Shown: positions 20,357-30,540, counted from the stretch's first letter. The stretch: 64,000 nucleotides of DNA from Nitrospirota bacterium (GCA_963796285.1 CAWCKW010000012.1:416001-480000), one strand, 5' to 3'. Notes: generated from the sequence alone by a model not told the origin. Made by a program: numbers and translations.

Positions 20357-21433
20357 ATGAAACATTCCATACTGTTAGGTATCGCAGTAGTTGTGTTGTC
20401 CGCTCTTCCCGCGTTTGCCTCAGAAAATATCCGTGTTGCTATTGCCGACAACCAAAGAGCAGTTTCGCTCAAATCCCTGTCCGGCTTAGTATTTGCCGGG
20501 ACACCATCAAACAGCCGTGAGAAATTACTGCATTTCACGCCGGCGTCTGTCAATGGAAAGCCGGTGCGTGTCAGGTCAACTGACGAGTTCACCCAGGTGA
20601 ACGGCAAACGGTACCGGGGCTGGGTGGAACTCAGGAAGAAAAAGAACGGGCTGCTCCTCGTAGTGAACGATCTAGATCTTGAGGAGTATCTCATGGGTGT
20701 GATCGCCGCTGAGGTCCCGCCCGACTGGGAGTTTGAAGTACTCAAGGCCCAGGCTGTGGCATCGCGGACCTATGCGCTGTATGAAAAAAGGATGGCGGGA
20801 AAGAGACCGTACCATATTCTCTCGACGATCACGAGCCAGGTATACAACGGGGTGAATGGTGAGCATGGGAAAGCGGTAAAGGCTGTAAAGGAGACGAAGG
20901 GACTTATCCTTACGTATCAAGGAAAAGTGATCCCGGCATTCTATCACGCCAACTGCGGAGGGCATACGGAAAATGCCTCTGAGATATGGGGTATTGACGC
21001 GCCCTATCTCAAGGGGGTTGATTGCGAGTGCCAGAATATCCTCAAGGACGGGGTCTGGGAAAAGAGGATAAACGTTTCCCATCTCTCCGATGTGCTGAGG
21101 CGTCTGGGTTATCGCGTAAACGATATATCGGACATTGGTATAGCCGGCATCACACCGGCAGGCAGGGTCAAGAATGTCACCCTGCATTCCGCACGCGGCA
21201 CAACAACTGTTCCGGCCGAGACCCTCCGGTCCGCCCTCGGCAGCACGGTGATTCCGAGTCTTTTTTTTGAGTTGGAGCTGTCTGAGGGGGAGGCGGTATT
21301 TTCGGGCAGGGGTAGTGGCCACGGGGTAGGATTATGTCAGTGGGGCGCGAAAGAGATGGCCGGGAAAGGCTATGAATTTAAAGCCATCCTCGCGCACTAT
21401 TATCCGGGAGCGGATCTGGTGCGGATGTATTAG
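20357..21433 (+). CDS. SpoIID/LytB domain peptidoglycan lytic protein
   Basis: LEEYLMGVIAAEV, LKAQAVASRTY and GHGVGLCQWGA motifs; signal peptide. Confidence 0.92.
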   Translation: MKHSILLGIAVVVLSALPAFASENIRVAIADNQRAVSLKSLSGLVFAGTPSNSREKLLHFTPASVNGKPVRVRSTDEFTQVNGKRYRGWVELRKKKNGLLLVVNDLDLEEYLMGVIAAEVPPDWEFEVLKAQAVASRTYALYEKRMAGKRPYHILSTITSQVYNGVNGEHGKAVKAVKETKGLILTYQGKVIPAFYHANCGGHTENASEIWGIDAPYLKGVDCECQNILKDGVWEKRINVSHLSDVLRRLGYRVNDISDIGIAGITPAGRVKNVTLHSARGTTTVPAETLRSALGSTVIPSLFFELELSEGEAVFSGRGSGHGVGLCQWGAKEMAGKGYEFKAILAHYYPGADLVRMY

Positions 21434-21669
21434 CGAACAGGTGTCAAACCAGATAGTCCGGAACCAATGATCATAACCACATTGTCATGAAGGCTCGAAC
21501 AATGTTGAGACCAATGAACATTGATAAGCGCACGTGAAAAACCATGGATCTTCTTAGTTCAAGGAGTGTTCACCTCATTAGTGTTGCTTTCCATTGACGG
21601 TGAAAATCAGAGATAAAAGAAAATTCATTTTTATTGACATCCATTCAGAGAGGATACTAGCATAGCGCC

Positions 21670-22452
21670 ATGAAAAAAACGAAAAGGGACAAAACAATAA
21701 AAAAGGCGAGAACGGAAAACGAGGAAAAACCAGCCAGCGTATCGCTCACAACGCTGTCGCTCTCCCTTCTTATCATCTGCGCCCTTGCCTCGACCGCGTA
21801 TCAGAGAAATAGCATCTATCATGATTTCATAACCCTTTGGGGCAATATAACAAAAACCTCTCCGAACAAGCGCCGTGCCCACGAGAATTACGGCCAGGCG
21901 CTTTCCACCGTGGGCCGTCTTGAAGAGGCTCTCCGGGAATTCAATACCGTCCTGGCCTTGAAGGACGACGGCAGCGTTCCTATGCGCGACCTGTACCGCG
22001 AGATCGGCGTGGTCTATTTCAGGATGAATCGCATGGATGACGCCATTTCCGCATGGAAGACGGGACTGAGACATGCGCCAAACGACCCCAGTCTTCTGAA
22101 CAACCTGTCGATCGCGCTGCTGCAGACAGGACGGTATGAAGAGGCCGCCATGCAGGCACAGACGGCGCTTTCCGCAGATCCCAATATGCCGCAGGCGCTC
22201 AATACCATGGGACAGGTTTTGATGCTCAAAAAAGACTACGAAAAAGCCGCAACATATTTTTTAAAGGCGATCGAGCAGCAGCCGGATGTCCCGGCTCGGT
22301 ACTGGAACGCGGCCCTTGCCTTGGAGCAGACGGGTAAGTACGATATGGCGATGCAGTATGCGCGCAAGTATGTGGATATGGAACAGGACAGCGCGGCCCG
22401 TCAGAGGGCCTCCGGTTTTATAGAACACCTGAACAAGATGATGGGCAGATGA
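21670..22452 (+). CDS. membrane-anchored TPR protein
   Basis: One hydrophobic segment followed by multiple TPR-like helical repeats. Confidence 0.8.
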   Translation: MKKTKRDKTIKKARTENEEKPASVSLTTLSLSLLIICALASTAYQRNSIYHDFITLWGNITKTSPNKRRAHENYGQALSTVGRLEEALREFNTVLALKDDGSVPMRDLYREIGVVYFRMNRMDDAISAWKTGLRHAPNDPSLLNNLSIALLQTGRYEEAAMQAQTALSADPNMPQALNTMGQVLMLKKDYEKAATYFLKAIEQQPDVPARYWNAALALEQTGKYDMAMQYARKYVDMEQDSAARQRASGFIEHLNKMMGR

Positions 22453-22563
22453 AATTGAGGTATCTCAAGCAATGATCCTTCAGAAAAAAAGCGTCCGAAA
22501 CCCGCTGATATGCGCCCCACGGACCCTTACGAATTATTCTTTGCGTTCTTTACGAGAATGAAC

Positions 22564-23679
22564 CTATCGGCTGAAACTTACCTGATTTCTCCCATTTCTT
22601 TTTGAGACATACAGCGCATCATCGGCTTTTTTAATGAGCTTCTCAGGGCTCCGTTCTTCCCCGCTCTCGATAGCTGCAATCCCGATGCTGATGGTAACTT
22701 TGCCTTCCCGTTTATTTTCCTTAAGCGGAAACATATTATTCTCCACCGCTTTTCTAAGACGTTCGGCCACGATGATCGCATTCTGAAGATCCAGCTCGGG
22801 CATGATGATGGCGAATTCTTCCCCACCGTACCTGCAGCAGATATCGATGCTATGGCTTCTGCTCTGTTCCAGCATTATTGCAGCCAACTCTTTCAACACG
22901 GCATCGCCTACCTGGTGTCCGAAGTTGTCGTTGAACTGTTTGAAGTGGTCGATATCGAGCATCATGAGCGACAGTGTTTTTCCTGTCCTCTGCAGTCTGT
23001 TGATCTCCAGTTCAAGTCTTTCCAGGAACATCCTATGGTTATAGAGTCCTGTGAGACCATCGTGCTGAGACAGCTGTTGGATTTTCTCGAAGAGGCGGGA
23101 TTTCTCGATACCGGCGGCCAACTGATGTGAAAGGATCGCCATGAAGTCCATGTCGTCTACGCTCAGCCCGTACTTGGCGGTGTTGTCCATACCGATGATC
23201 CCGATCGTAGTATTGCGCGCCTTGAGCGCAATGCCAATGTATGATCCGTCGCGTTTTTCCTCGCCGGGAATATGGATGAAATCGTTGAAGGTTTCGTAGA
23301 ACATCGAAAGATCGTGAATATGGACGTGCTCGCCGTTCTTTACGATTCTGCCAGGCGTGCCTTCGCCGATCCGGAGCGAGATCTTCCCGGGAGCGTCGAG
23401 TCCGCTGTGGAAGACAAGCTCGAGATTCTCCCGTTTTTCATCGAGCACGTAGACCGATATGCGATCGAAGGATAGGGATTTTTGGATGATGTCGAACACC
23501 TGCCTCAGCATCTCCCGCAGGTCCAGCAGGGACCCGATGGTCCGCGAGATATGGTAATGGATATAGACTTCGCTCAGCTTTTTTTCAAGCAGATCGCTTA
23601 GCCCTTTTTCGCGGACGTGCGCGTCATTCAGCTCCCGCTCGAGCCGGACGACCTTTTCTGCTAAATCGTTATCTTGCAT
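22564..23679 (-). CDS. GAF-GGDEF diguanylate cyclase
   Basis: GAF domain; DGLTGLYN, DIDHFKQFNDNFGH and RYGGEEF motifs. Confidence 0.93.
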   Translation of the reverse strand: MQDNDLAEKVVRLERELNDAHVREKGLSDLLEKKLSEVYIHYHISRTIGSLLDLREMLRQVFDIIQKSLSFDRISVYVLDEKRENLELVFHSGLDAPGKISLRIGEGTPGRIVKNGEHVHIHDLSMFYETFNDFIHIPGEEKRDGSYIGIALKARNTTIGIIGMDNTAKYGLSVDDMDFMAILSHQLAAGIEKSRLFEKIQQLSQHDGLTGLYNHRMFLERLELEINRLQRTGKTLSLMMLDIDHFKQFNDNFGHQVGDAVLKELAAIMLEQSRSHSIDICCRYGGEEFAIIMPELDLQNAIIVAERLRKAVENNMFPLKENKREGKVTISIGIAAIESGEERSPEKLIKKADDALYVSKRNGRNQVSFSR

Positions 23680-23731
23680 AGTCACTCCGGGGACCTGTGC
23701 ATACGATTGTGCAGCGTTGGTTCAGCCGTGC

Positions 23732-24541
23732 TCACTGCGCTTTCGGCTGCGCCGGTTGTATCGGGACCGGCTTTGGCCGTGAATGCGATGCCGGGGGAGC
23801 CAGCGGGGCGGTCGATGTGCTTTTGGTATCGGGAGCTGATTTTACCTGGGCCTGTGGTACGGTCTCCAGTTTTGCCGCAACCACCGGGACCATTGGCGGG
23901 TTCTCGATGATGATAACGGTCTTATGGTCCTTGATTCTGAACCCGATCGCAGGCTGTTTGGCCGAGTAGGCAGCGGCAATGAGCGTGTCCTGGCTTACAC
24001 CGTTCTTTTCAAAGTCCTTGATAAGGGCGGCTGATCGCTGTGCGGCGAGCGTTCGTGCGTCCTTCGCCGGTATTTTCTTTCTCCCTTTACCCTGCGCTGG
24101 AACAGCCTGGGTTGTGTTCCCGATAAACAGGTCTTTGCCTTTCAGCGGATCGCTTTTCAGCAGAGCTGCGAGTTCCAATCGCAGCTGCGGACTTTCTTTT
24201 GCAAAGGTATAGGAACCGGGCAGGTAGAGCAACTGCTCAGAGATGTTCACGATGACCTTATTGTCTGCCGTCAGAACTTCCACATGGCCTGATGTGATCT
24301 CTTTACCGAGGCCGATACTCAGGACCTCTGTTGCCGGTTTGAGCCACCGGGTTTCCCTGCTTTCCTTTTCTTTTAATTTTATCAATTCAGCGTTGGCCTT
24401 CTCATATGCCGGCAGGCCGGCTTTCATCCGAGCATAATCTTCTGCCAGGGGCTTGTAGGTTTTGAGGTAGAATATGGACCCGGCGCCGAGCGTCACGACG
24501 AGTATTGCTATCAAAACAGAGGTAACTATTTTCATGACCAT
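23732..24541 (-). CDS. membrane-anchored protein with a degenerate MotB/OmpA-like domain
   Basis: N-terminal TM and coiled coil; VNISEQLLY.PGS, LFIGNT, LAAQRSAALI and AAAYS.KQP resemble the MotB C-terminal domain; AGGAGG RBS. Confidence 0.6.
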   Translation of the reverse strand: MVMKIVTSVLIAILVVTLGAGSIFYLKTYKPLAEDYARMKAGLPAYEKANAELIKLKEKESRETRWLKPATEVLSIGLGKEITSGHVEVLTADNKVIVNISEQLLYLPGSYTFAKESPQLRLELAALLKSDPLKGKDLFIGNTTQAVPAQGKGRKKIPAKDARTLAAQRSAALIKDFEKNGVSQDTLIAAAYSAKQPAIGFRIKDHKTVIIIENPPMVPVVAAKLETVPQAQVKSAPDTKSTSTAPLAPPASHSRPKPVPIQPAQPKAQ

Positions 24542-24679
24542 AAAACCTCCTTTTATAGGTAGTATGCAGAACACAGACAGCCGGCTGATGAAGTGGAAGT
24601 CTGATAACAGACTATTCGTAGTTAGACCGAATGCATAAAGCGATGATCCGGCTACTATCCATCATGTCATCTGCAATTA

Positions 24680-25873
24680 TTATCGCAGATCAATCACCGC
24701 TTTTGCAATTCTGTTGAGTCCCTTTTGAATGTTCTCCATGGACGTAGCATAGGAGAGCCGGATATACTGGTCTGCACCGAAGGCATCACCTGAAACGAGC
24801 GCCACCTTTGCTTCTTCCAGCAGATACGTTGCCAGATCCGAGGAGTTTTTCATCGTTTTTCCCAGTATTGATCTTCCGTAGAGCCTCGCAACGTTCGGGA
24901 AGGCGTAGAACGCGCCCACGGGCATCAGGCAGGATATCCCCGGTATTTTGTTCAGTTGCTCAACCATATATTTTCTTCTTTTGTCGAATTCGACGTTCAT
25001 GGTCTTGATAAAATCCTGTGGGCCGCGGAGCGCTTCGAGGGCTGCTTTCTGAGAGATGGAGCACGGGTTCGAGGTGCTTTGGCTCTGGATATTGGCCATG
25101 GCGGTGATGACATCTTTGGGGCCGGCGGCGTAGCCGATGCGCCAACCGGTCATGGCGTGGGACTTGGACACGCCGTTCACCACGATGGTCAGGTCCTTGA
25201 TCGCCTGGCCGAACGAGGCTATGCTGAAGTGTGTGAACCCGTCATAAAGCAGTTTTTCGTAGATCTCGTCGGAGATCACGTAGATCTTGTGTTTCACCGC
25301 AATTTCCGCGATCTCTTCGAGCGTTTTTCTGTCGTACGCGAGGCCGGTGGGATTGGAGGGGCTGTTCAGCACCAGCGCCTTTGTCTTTTTAGTGATGGCC
25401 TTTTCGAGCTTCTGTGCCGAGAGCTTGAATCCTTCCGCCTCCGTGGTCTCGACTATGACGGGTGTAGCATCGTTCAAGAGCACCTGGTCGGGATAAGAGA
25501 CCCAGTAGGGGGAGGGGATGATGATCTCGTCTCCGGGATCGAACAGCGCTTCTGCAATATTATAGAGGCTGTGTTTCGCCCCGCATGAGATGAGAACCTG
25601 GGATTTTTCATAGGCGAGGTCGTTATCTTTTTTGAATTTCTCTATGACCGCTTCTTTCAGCTCGTCCGTGCCGCCGGCGGGAGTATACTTGGTGAACCCT
25701 GACTGGATAGCCCTGATGCCCGCCTGCTTCACGTTCTCAGGTGTGTCGAAATCAGGTTCTCCCACCCCGAAGTCCACAACATCGATCCCCTGCATCTTCA
25801 TGGCCTTGGCTTTTGCCGCGGTAGCCAGCGTTGGGGAGGGTTTTATGGCCTGCGCTCTTTTTGCAATTCCCAT
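24680..25873 (-). CDS. aspC: class I PLP aminotransferase (aspartate aminotransferase-like)
   Basis: GEPDFDTP, NSPSNPTG, SDEIYE and SKSHAMTGWRIGY motifs. Confidence 0.9.
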   Translation of the reverse strand: MGIAKRAQAIKPSPTLATAAKAKAMKMQGIDVVDFGVGEPDFDTPENVKQAGIRAIQSGFTKYTPAGGTDELKEAVIEKFKKDNDLAYEKSQVLISCGAKHSLYNIAEALFDPGDEIIIPSPYWVSYPDQVLLNDATPVIVETTEAEGFKLSAQKLEKAITKKTKALVLNSPSNPTGLAYDRKTLEEIAEIAVKHKIYVISDEIYEKLLYDGFTHFSIASFGQAIKDLTIVVNGVSKSHAMTGWRIGYAAGPKDVITAMANIQSQSTSNPCSISQKAALEALRGPQDFIKTMNVEFDKRRKYMVEQLNKIPGISCLMPVGAFYAFPNVARLYGRSILGKTMKNSSDLATYLLEEAKVALVSGDAFGADQYIRLSYATSMENIQKGLNRIAKAVIDLR

Positions 25874-26252
25874 GCTCTCGAAATTCCCTTTCTTTCAATG
25901 AAATATACGATGATGAACTTAAATTAATTAGCATAGTAGCAGTTCAAAGTCAATGAGTTTCTTCCAATATAGGCTCTTCTGGGAGCTGCTCGCTTTATCC
26001 TCGAGACTCACCAATCAGGATCGGCAATGTCTCTCGCAAAACACCGAAAAATAGATTATAGCGAATCGTAAAATGCTTAGCTCATGAGCAATCAGCTTCG
26101 AGCGGCTTTATTCTTCTCGAACAGCGCGACGTTGCGATCGATCATTTCCCCGATAATTGATGTGAAGTTGGTTTGTGAGTTACCCATTCGTCCTATTCGA
26201 GGTTGCAAAGAGGGTGGAAGTATGATACTATTTTTTTGTGTGAGGAGGGTGC

Positions 26253-26627
26253 ATGCTCGGTTTTTTCCTGCGCTGGTCCATTAACTTACTCGCTCTCGTG
26301 ATCGCCGGATCGTTGATCAATGGGATCACCATAAGGAGCCTGGGAATAGGTGTCATCGCCGCCGGAATATTTGGCGTTGTCAATGCGGTGATCAGGCCGG
26401 TGGTGCTTCTCCTGACGCTCCCGATCAACCTTCTGACCCTCGGACTGTTCACCTTGGTGGTCAATGCCGCAATGCTTATGTTGGTGTCAGCAGTGGTGCC
26501 CGGTTTCGTGATCGAGTCATTCCGGTCCGCTTTTTTCGGGGCGCTCGTAATCAGCCTTATCAGCTGGGGAGTGAATATTTTTATAAGCGGCAGCGGAAAA
26601 TTAATTTTTATTAAGAAAGAGAGATAA
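26253..26627 (+). CDS. YvlD/DUF360 four-TM membrane protein ('phage holin family')
   Basis: NAVIRPVVLLLTLPINLLTLGLF motif. Confidence 0.85.
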   Translation: MLGFFLRWSINLLALVIAGSLINGITIRSLGIGVIAAGIFGVVNAVIRPVVLLLTLPINLLTLGLFTLVVNAAMLMLVSAVVPGFVIESFRSAFFGALVISLISWGVNIFISGSGKLIFIKKER

Positions 26628-26812
26628 GGGGGATGGGTGAGGGGAAACAGACAAGGGAAGATTCAACGTACCCGGCACCACAGGATGTATGAATTCCCGC
26701 AACTTGCCTCGCAATCTCAAGCTGGTCGTTTGGTATTTTTGGACTTGGTGCCTGAAACTTACCGGGGTTGTGTGAAGCGAAATTTGGGAATTAGCCATAA
26801 GAAGGTTTCCAC

Positions 26813-27502
26813 ATGACCCACATGCACATACCAGACGGCATACTGCCGGTAGGTCTTTGGGTGCTCGGTTTGATCGTGATGGCGTTGGCCGTGGGGTTCA
26901 GCCTGTATCGGCTCCGGGGAATGGACATGACCAAGAAGATCCCTCTCCTCGGCGCGGTGAGTGCGGCGATGCTTGTGGCCATGAGCCTGGAGATCCTTCC
27001 ATTATTCTATCATATCAATCTTTCCGTTGTTGCCGGCATTCTTCTGGGTCCGGCCCTTGGTTTCTTAGCGGCATTTATCGCGAACCTCATTCTTGCCCTC
27101 ATGGGGCACGGTGGTATTACCGTGATTGGGCTCAATACCCTGCTCCTCGGTTCCGAGGCGGTCCTCGGCCACACCCTGTTCTATCTGCTCAAAAAGCGGC
27201 TCCCGGTGTTCTGGCGCGCCGTGACCGCGACGGTTCTTACCCTCTTCATAACGACACTGGCACTGATAGGCATCGTAGCTGTTTCTCATATCGATCCGGA
27301 ATTAGTCAGCCATGGAGATGAGCATGGCCTTATTCACAGAGGGCAGGTGTCTGTGCAGACGTTTGCGATCATGGTATTATCGCTCGGTGTCGTCGGTTGG
27401 TCCATAGAAGCGGCGATTACCGGTGCGGTGGTAAAGTTCATCTCGCAGGTCAAACCCGACCTGCTTGACCATGCGCTGCATCGTGAAAAGGTTGGAAAAT
27501 AA
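26813..27502 (+). CDS. cbiM: ECF transporter S component, CbiM/NikM family (Co/Ni)
   Basis: MHIPDG motif at 26822; HGGITVIGLN motif; multiple TM segments. Confidence 0.85.
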   Translation: MTHMHIPDGILPVGLWVLGLIVMALAVGFSLYRLRGMDMTKKIPLLGAVSAAMLVAMSLEILPLFYHINLSVVAGILLGPALGFLAAFIANLILALMGHGGITVIGLNTLLLGSEAVLGHTLFYLLKKRLPVFWRAVTATVLTLFITTLALIGIVAVSHIDPELVSHGDEHGLIHRGQVSVQTFAIMVLSLGVVGWSIEAAITGAVVKFISQVKPDLLDHALHREKVGK

Positions 27503-27519
27503 CCAATGAGGAACATGCC

Positions 27520-28224
27520 GTGATAGATGTCGCAAGGATAGATCATTGGGCCGCCAGCGGATCAGGACCTTTCCACAGGGCCTCAACGCCTGCGAAACTC
27601 CTGTTTCTGCTATTCGTGGTGTCATCAGCAGTTCTCGCCCGAAACCCCTATCCGCTCATTGCAGGATATGGGGTATTGCTTGCCATAGCAGCGGCGTCCG
27701 AACTTCCCTGGTTCAAGGTGATGGTATTGTCGTGGTATGCCGCACTGTTTGCGATTTTGTATGCGATCAGTCTCCGGGGCGGAGGCTGGCTTGCTTCACT
27801 TTTTATCGTCAAGGCAATAACGCCTTCATTTGCCATGCTCATGCTGATCGTGAGCACCCCCTACCCGAGAATATTTTCCCTATTCAGTGCTGTACTTCCC
27901 GAGATCCTGGCAGCGGGCCTGTTTATGACATACCGGACGCTGTTTATTCTCCTTGATATGATGGACAGTTTTGCGGCGGCCATACGGTTGCGCGGCGGTT
28001 TTTCTCCCGGAAGCCTGTATAAAAATAGCGCCAATATTTCTAAAGGCATCGGAATGCTGCTGGTGAGAGCGGTAGAGCGCGCCTCGCGCCTCTATGCGGT
28101 CATGGTGGTCAGGGGATACAGCGGCAGTATGGCGGAGAAGGGTACGATACGCTTCCAGAGGGAAGACTGGCTTCCACTTGGGACCGGGACCGCGGTGCTC
28201 GTGCTGGTGCTCATCTGGAAGTAA
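27520..28224 (+). CDS. cbiQ: ECF transporter T component (CbiQ-like)
   Basis: TM protein with xRG motifs (LRGG, VRGY); lies between the S and A components. Confidence 0.8.
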   Translation: MIDVARIDHWAASGSGPFHRASTPAKLLFLLFVVSSAVLARNPYPLIAGYGVLLAIAAASELPWFKVMVLSWYAALFAILYAISLRGGGWLASLFIVKAITPSFAMLMLIVSTPYPRIFSLFSAVLPEILAAGLFMTYRTLFILLDMMDSFAAAIRLRGGFSPGSLYKNSANISKGIGMLLVRAVERASRLYAVMVVRGYSGSMAEKGTIRFQREDWLPLGTGTAVLVLVLIWK

Positions 28225-28255
28225 GCGGCAGCAAGTATCTTCGAAACAAATACGA

Positions 28256-29122
28256 ATGAACAAAAAACTTCTTTTCCATAAGGATTCAAAGGAATCCATC
28301 GTCAGTGTAAGTTGTCTTAAACATGTGTACCCGGATACGACCGAGATCCATATCTGCGGTCTTGATTTTGTTGTAAATCGCGGTGAGCGGGTGGTAGTGC
28401 TTGGCGGAAACGGCTCAGGCAAAACCACGCTTCTGTACCACATTCTGGGGTTGCTTGCTCCTAACGAGGGAAACGTGGCCGTGTTCGGCGTGAATCCCGC
28501 GGCGCAATACAGCGCCATACGGGAACGAATCGGTGTGCTGCTCCAGAATGTGGATGACCAGATACTTTCTCCCACGGTCTGGGACGACATCTCCTTTTCC
28601 CCACGCAATTACGGGTACGGGAAGAAGGAGAGCGGCCACATGGTCGAGCAGGTCATGGAAGAACTCGGGATCCGGCACCTGCAAGACAAAATATGCCACT
28701 ACCTCTCCGGAGGTGAAAAACGGAAGGTGGCGCTCGCGGGCGCACTGGTAATGCGGCCGGAGCTTTTGATCCTTGATGAGCCGTTTGAGGGGCTCGATTC
28801 CCGGTCACGGACGGAGTTGGTAACGCTGTTGAACAAGCGGAACAGCGAAGGCATGACGATCATCATGTCCACGCATGACCTCAACCTGGTCTCGGGGTTC
28901 GCCGACCGCGTCTATGTGCTCGCCAAAGGGCACGGCGTGATCACTGCCGGGACGCCGGCGGATATTTTTCAGCAGGTCGAGGCGCTGAAGGCTTCCAACA
29001 TCGACCCACCACTCCTTACGGAGCTTTTTCTCAAACTACGGGAGCGGGGATTGCTTGTTGACGTGCCGGTCTCTGTTGATCAGGCAGTGAGCGATCTGGT
29101 CCGTTTCGTAAAGAACCGATAA
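28256..29122 (+). CDS. cbiO: ECF transporter ATPase (CbiO-like)
   Basis: GGNGSGKTT, LSGGEKRKVALAG, LDEP and STHD motifs. Confidence 0.88.
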   Translation: MNKKLLFHKDSKESIVSVSCLKHVYPDTTEIHICGLDFVVNRGERVVVLGGNGSGKTTLLYHILGLLAPNEGNVAVFGVNPAAQYSAIRERIGVLLQNVDDQILSPTVWDDISFSPRNYGYGKKESGHMVEQVMEELGIRHLQDKICHYLSGGEKRKVALAGALVMRPELLILDEPFEGLDSRSRTELVTLLNKRNSEGMTIIMSTHDLNLVSGFADRVYVLAKGHGVITAGTPADIFQQVEALKASNIDPPLLTELFLKLRERGLLVDVPVSVDQAVSDLVRFVKNR

Positions 29123-29145
29123 ACCCCGCCTGTGGCAGGGAACGG

Positions 29146-30417
29146 ATGACGGAGGTACGAAGAATGCAACAGGGTGGTTTTGAACATAAAAAGGATATTC
29201 TGATTTTCCTGCTGGCACTTTTCCTGTTGGCTGCGGTTCTCATCGGCGCGACAACCGGGTATTTTATTTCGCAGGACAGCTGGTACGCTGTGTTCCTTGT
29301 TCTCGCGCTGGCTCTCCTTATTTTGCTGGCGTCGTTTGTTTTATACAAGAAAACCATCTTCCCCTATTATCGCCGTCTGGAGGATGCCAACCTCGAACTG
29401 CACCTGAAACAGGAGGAACTTCTCGATATCAAGGACGATTTGTTCCTCAAATTTCTGGGGGTGTACGATGTGAATTATGCAGCGAACTCGCCCAGGCTGT
29501 TCTCGGACCGTCTGAAGGATGTTGCCGTTACGACCGCGAGGGTCATGGAAGCTGACGCCTGTTTTATTTACCTCTACAACAAGAAAAGGGACGATCTGTT
29601 GCTTGCAGCTACCAATGGCGTCCAAGAATCCGCGATCGACAAAGTCCGGATCCCTCTCGGTGAGGGGATCGAAGGATGGGTCGGGAGGAGACTTGAACCC
29701 GTCACGCTCAAAGACTTTCATTCCGACGCAAGGTTCCGTGAGCTGACCGAGTTGGTGCTTACCGACTACCGGTCGCTCTATTGCCTGCCGCTTTACGTCT
29801 ATTCAAACGGCGCTCTTGTGGGGCTCATGGAAGTGTTCTATGATAAACCGAAGACCTTCACGGACGAGGACATCAATTTTTTTACTACGCTGTCCGGTAT
29901 CCTTTCCACAACGATCCAGAACGAACTTATGCAGGCAGAGCTGCACAAGATGAATTCCGAGCTGGAGCAGTGGGTCGCTGAAAAGACCGAGGAACTCAGG
30001 GCATCGGAAGAACGGTATCGGACGCTCGTTGAAAACGCCGGAGAATCTATTTTTGTCCTTGCCGGGAACGGAGATATCGTATTTGCAAACGAACAGGCCG
30101 CCCGGCTCACCGGACTTGCGAAGTATGATCTTCTGCACAAAAACCTTTTCGAGCTCATGGTCGACGCTACGCGGCCGCGTGAAATTCTCGAAGAGGCCAG
30201 GGAAGGCCGTCCATCGGCAAGGTACGGAGAACTCAGAAAAGATGACGGCACCGTGATTACTATCGAAGTGAGCGCCGTAACGCTTTCTCTCATGGGCAAA
30301 CGGTTTATCCAGTCCGTGGTGCGCGATATATCCTCCCAAACGCATCTCGAGCGCCTCCTGGCGGAAAAGGAACAGGAATTGTCCATTCTCAAAGCGCGAC
30401 TTAATTCCCCAAAATAA
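29146..30417 (+). CDS. 2-TM GAF-PAS sensor protein with no output domain
   Basis: Two TM segments, a GAF domain (LGEGIEGWVG), coiled coil and a PAS S-box (SEERYRTLVENA...VVRDIS), then a short coiled coil and stop. Confidence 0.8.
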   Translation: MTEVRRMQQGGFEHKKDILIFLLALFLLAAVLIGATTGYFISQDSWYAVFLVLALALLILLASFVLYKKTIFPYYRRLEDANLELHLKQEELLDIKDDLFLKFLGVYDVNYAANSPRLFSDRLKDVAVTTARVMEADACFIYLYNKKRDDLLLAATNGVQESAIDKVRIPLGEGIEGWVGRRLEPVTLKDFHSDARFRELTELVLTDYRSLYCLPLYVYSNGALVGLMEVFYDKPKTFTDEDINFFTTLSGILSTTIQNELMQAELHKMNSELEQWVAEKTEELRASEERYRTLVENAGESIFVLAGNGDIVFANEQAARLTGLAKYDLLHKNLFELMVDATRPREILEEAREGRPSARYGELRKDDGTVITIEVSAVTLSLMGKRFIQSVVRDISSQTHLERLLAEKEQELSILKARLNSPK

Positions 30418-30540
30418 TACTGATTCCCCAGTATTTTCACGGTCCTGATTTAAGTCTTTACAGAAACTAGAACCTGTGGTATAAATTATGCATATGGCGG
30501 CCCCGCAGGCCGCCATACTATCTTTAAGGTCTTGACTATT

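Noticed and set aside
26253-26627. Prophage suggested by a 'phage holin family' protein
   Set aside because: The YvlD/DUF360 family is common in chromosomes, and no phage genes are nearby
26630-26812. Cobalamin or NiCo riboswitch upstream of cbiM
   Set aside because: Only scattered GGGAA and CCCGCAACT words; I could not build the conserved core or B12 box by eye. An Rfam scan would settle it
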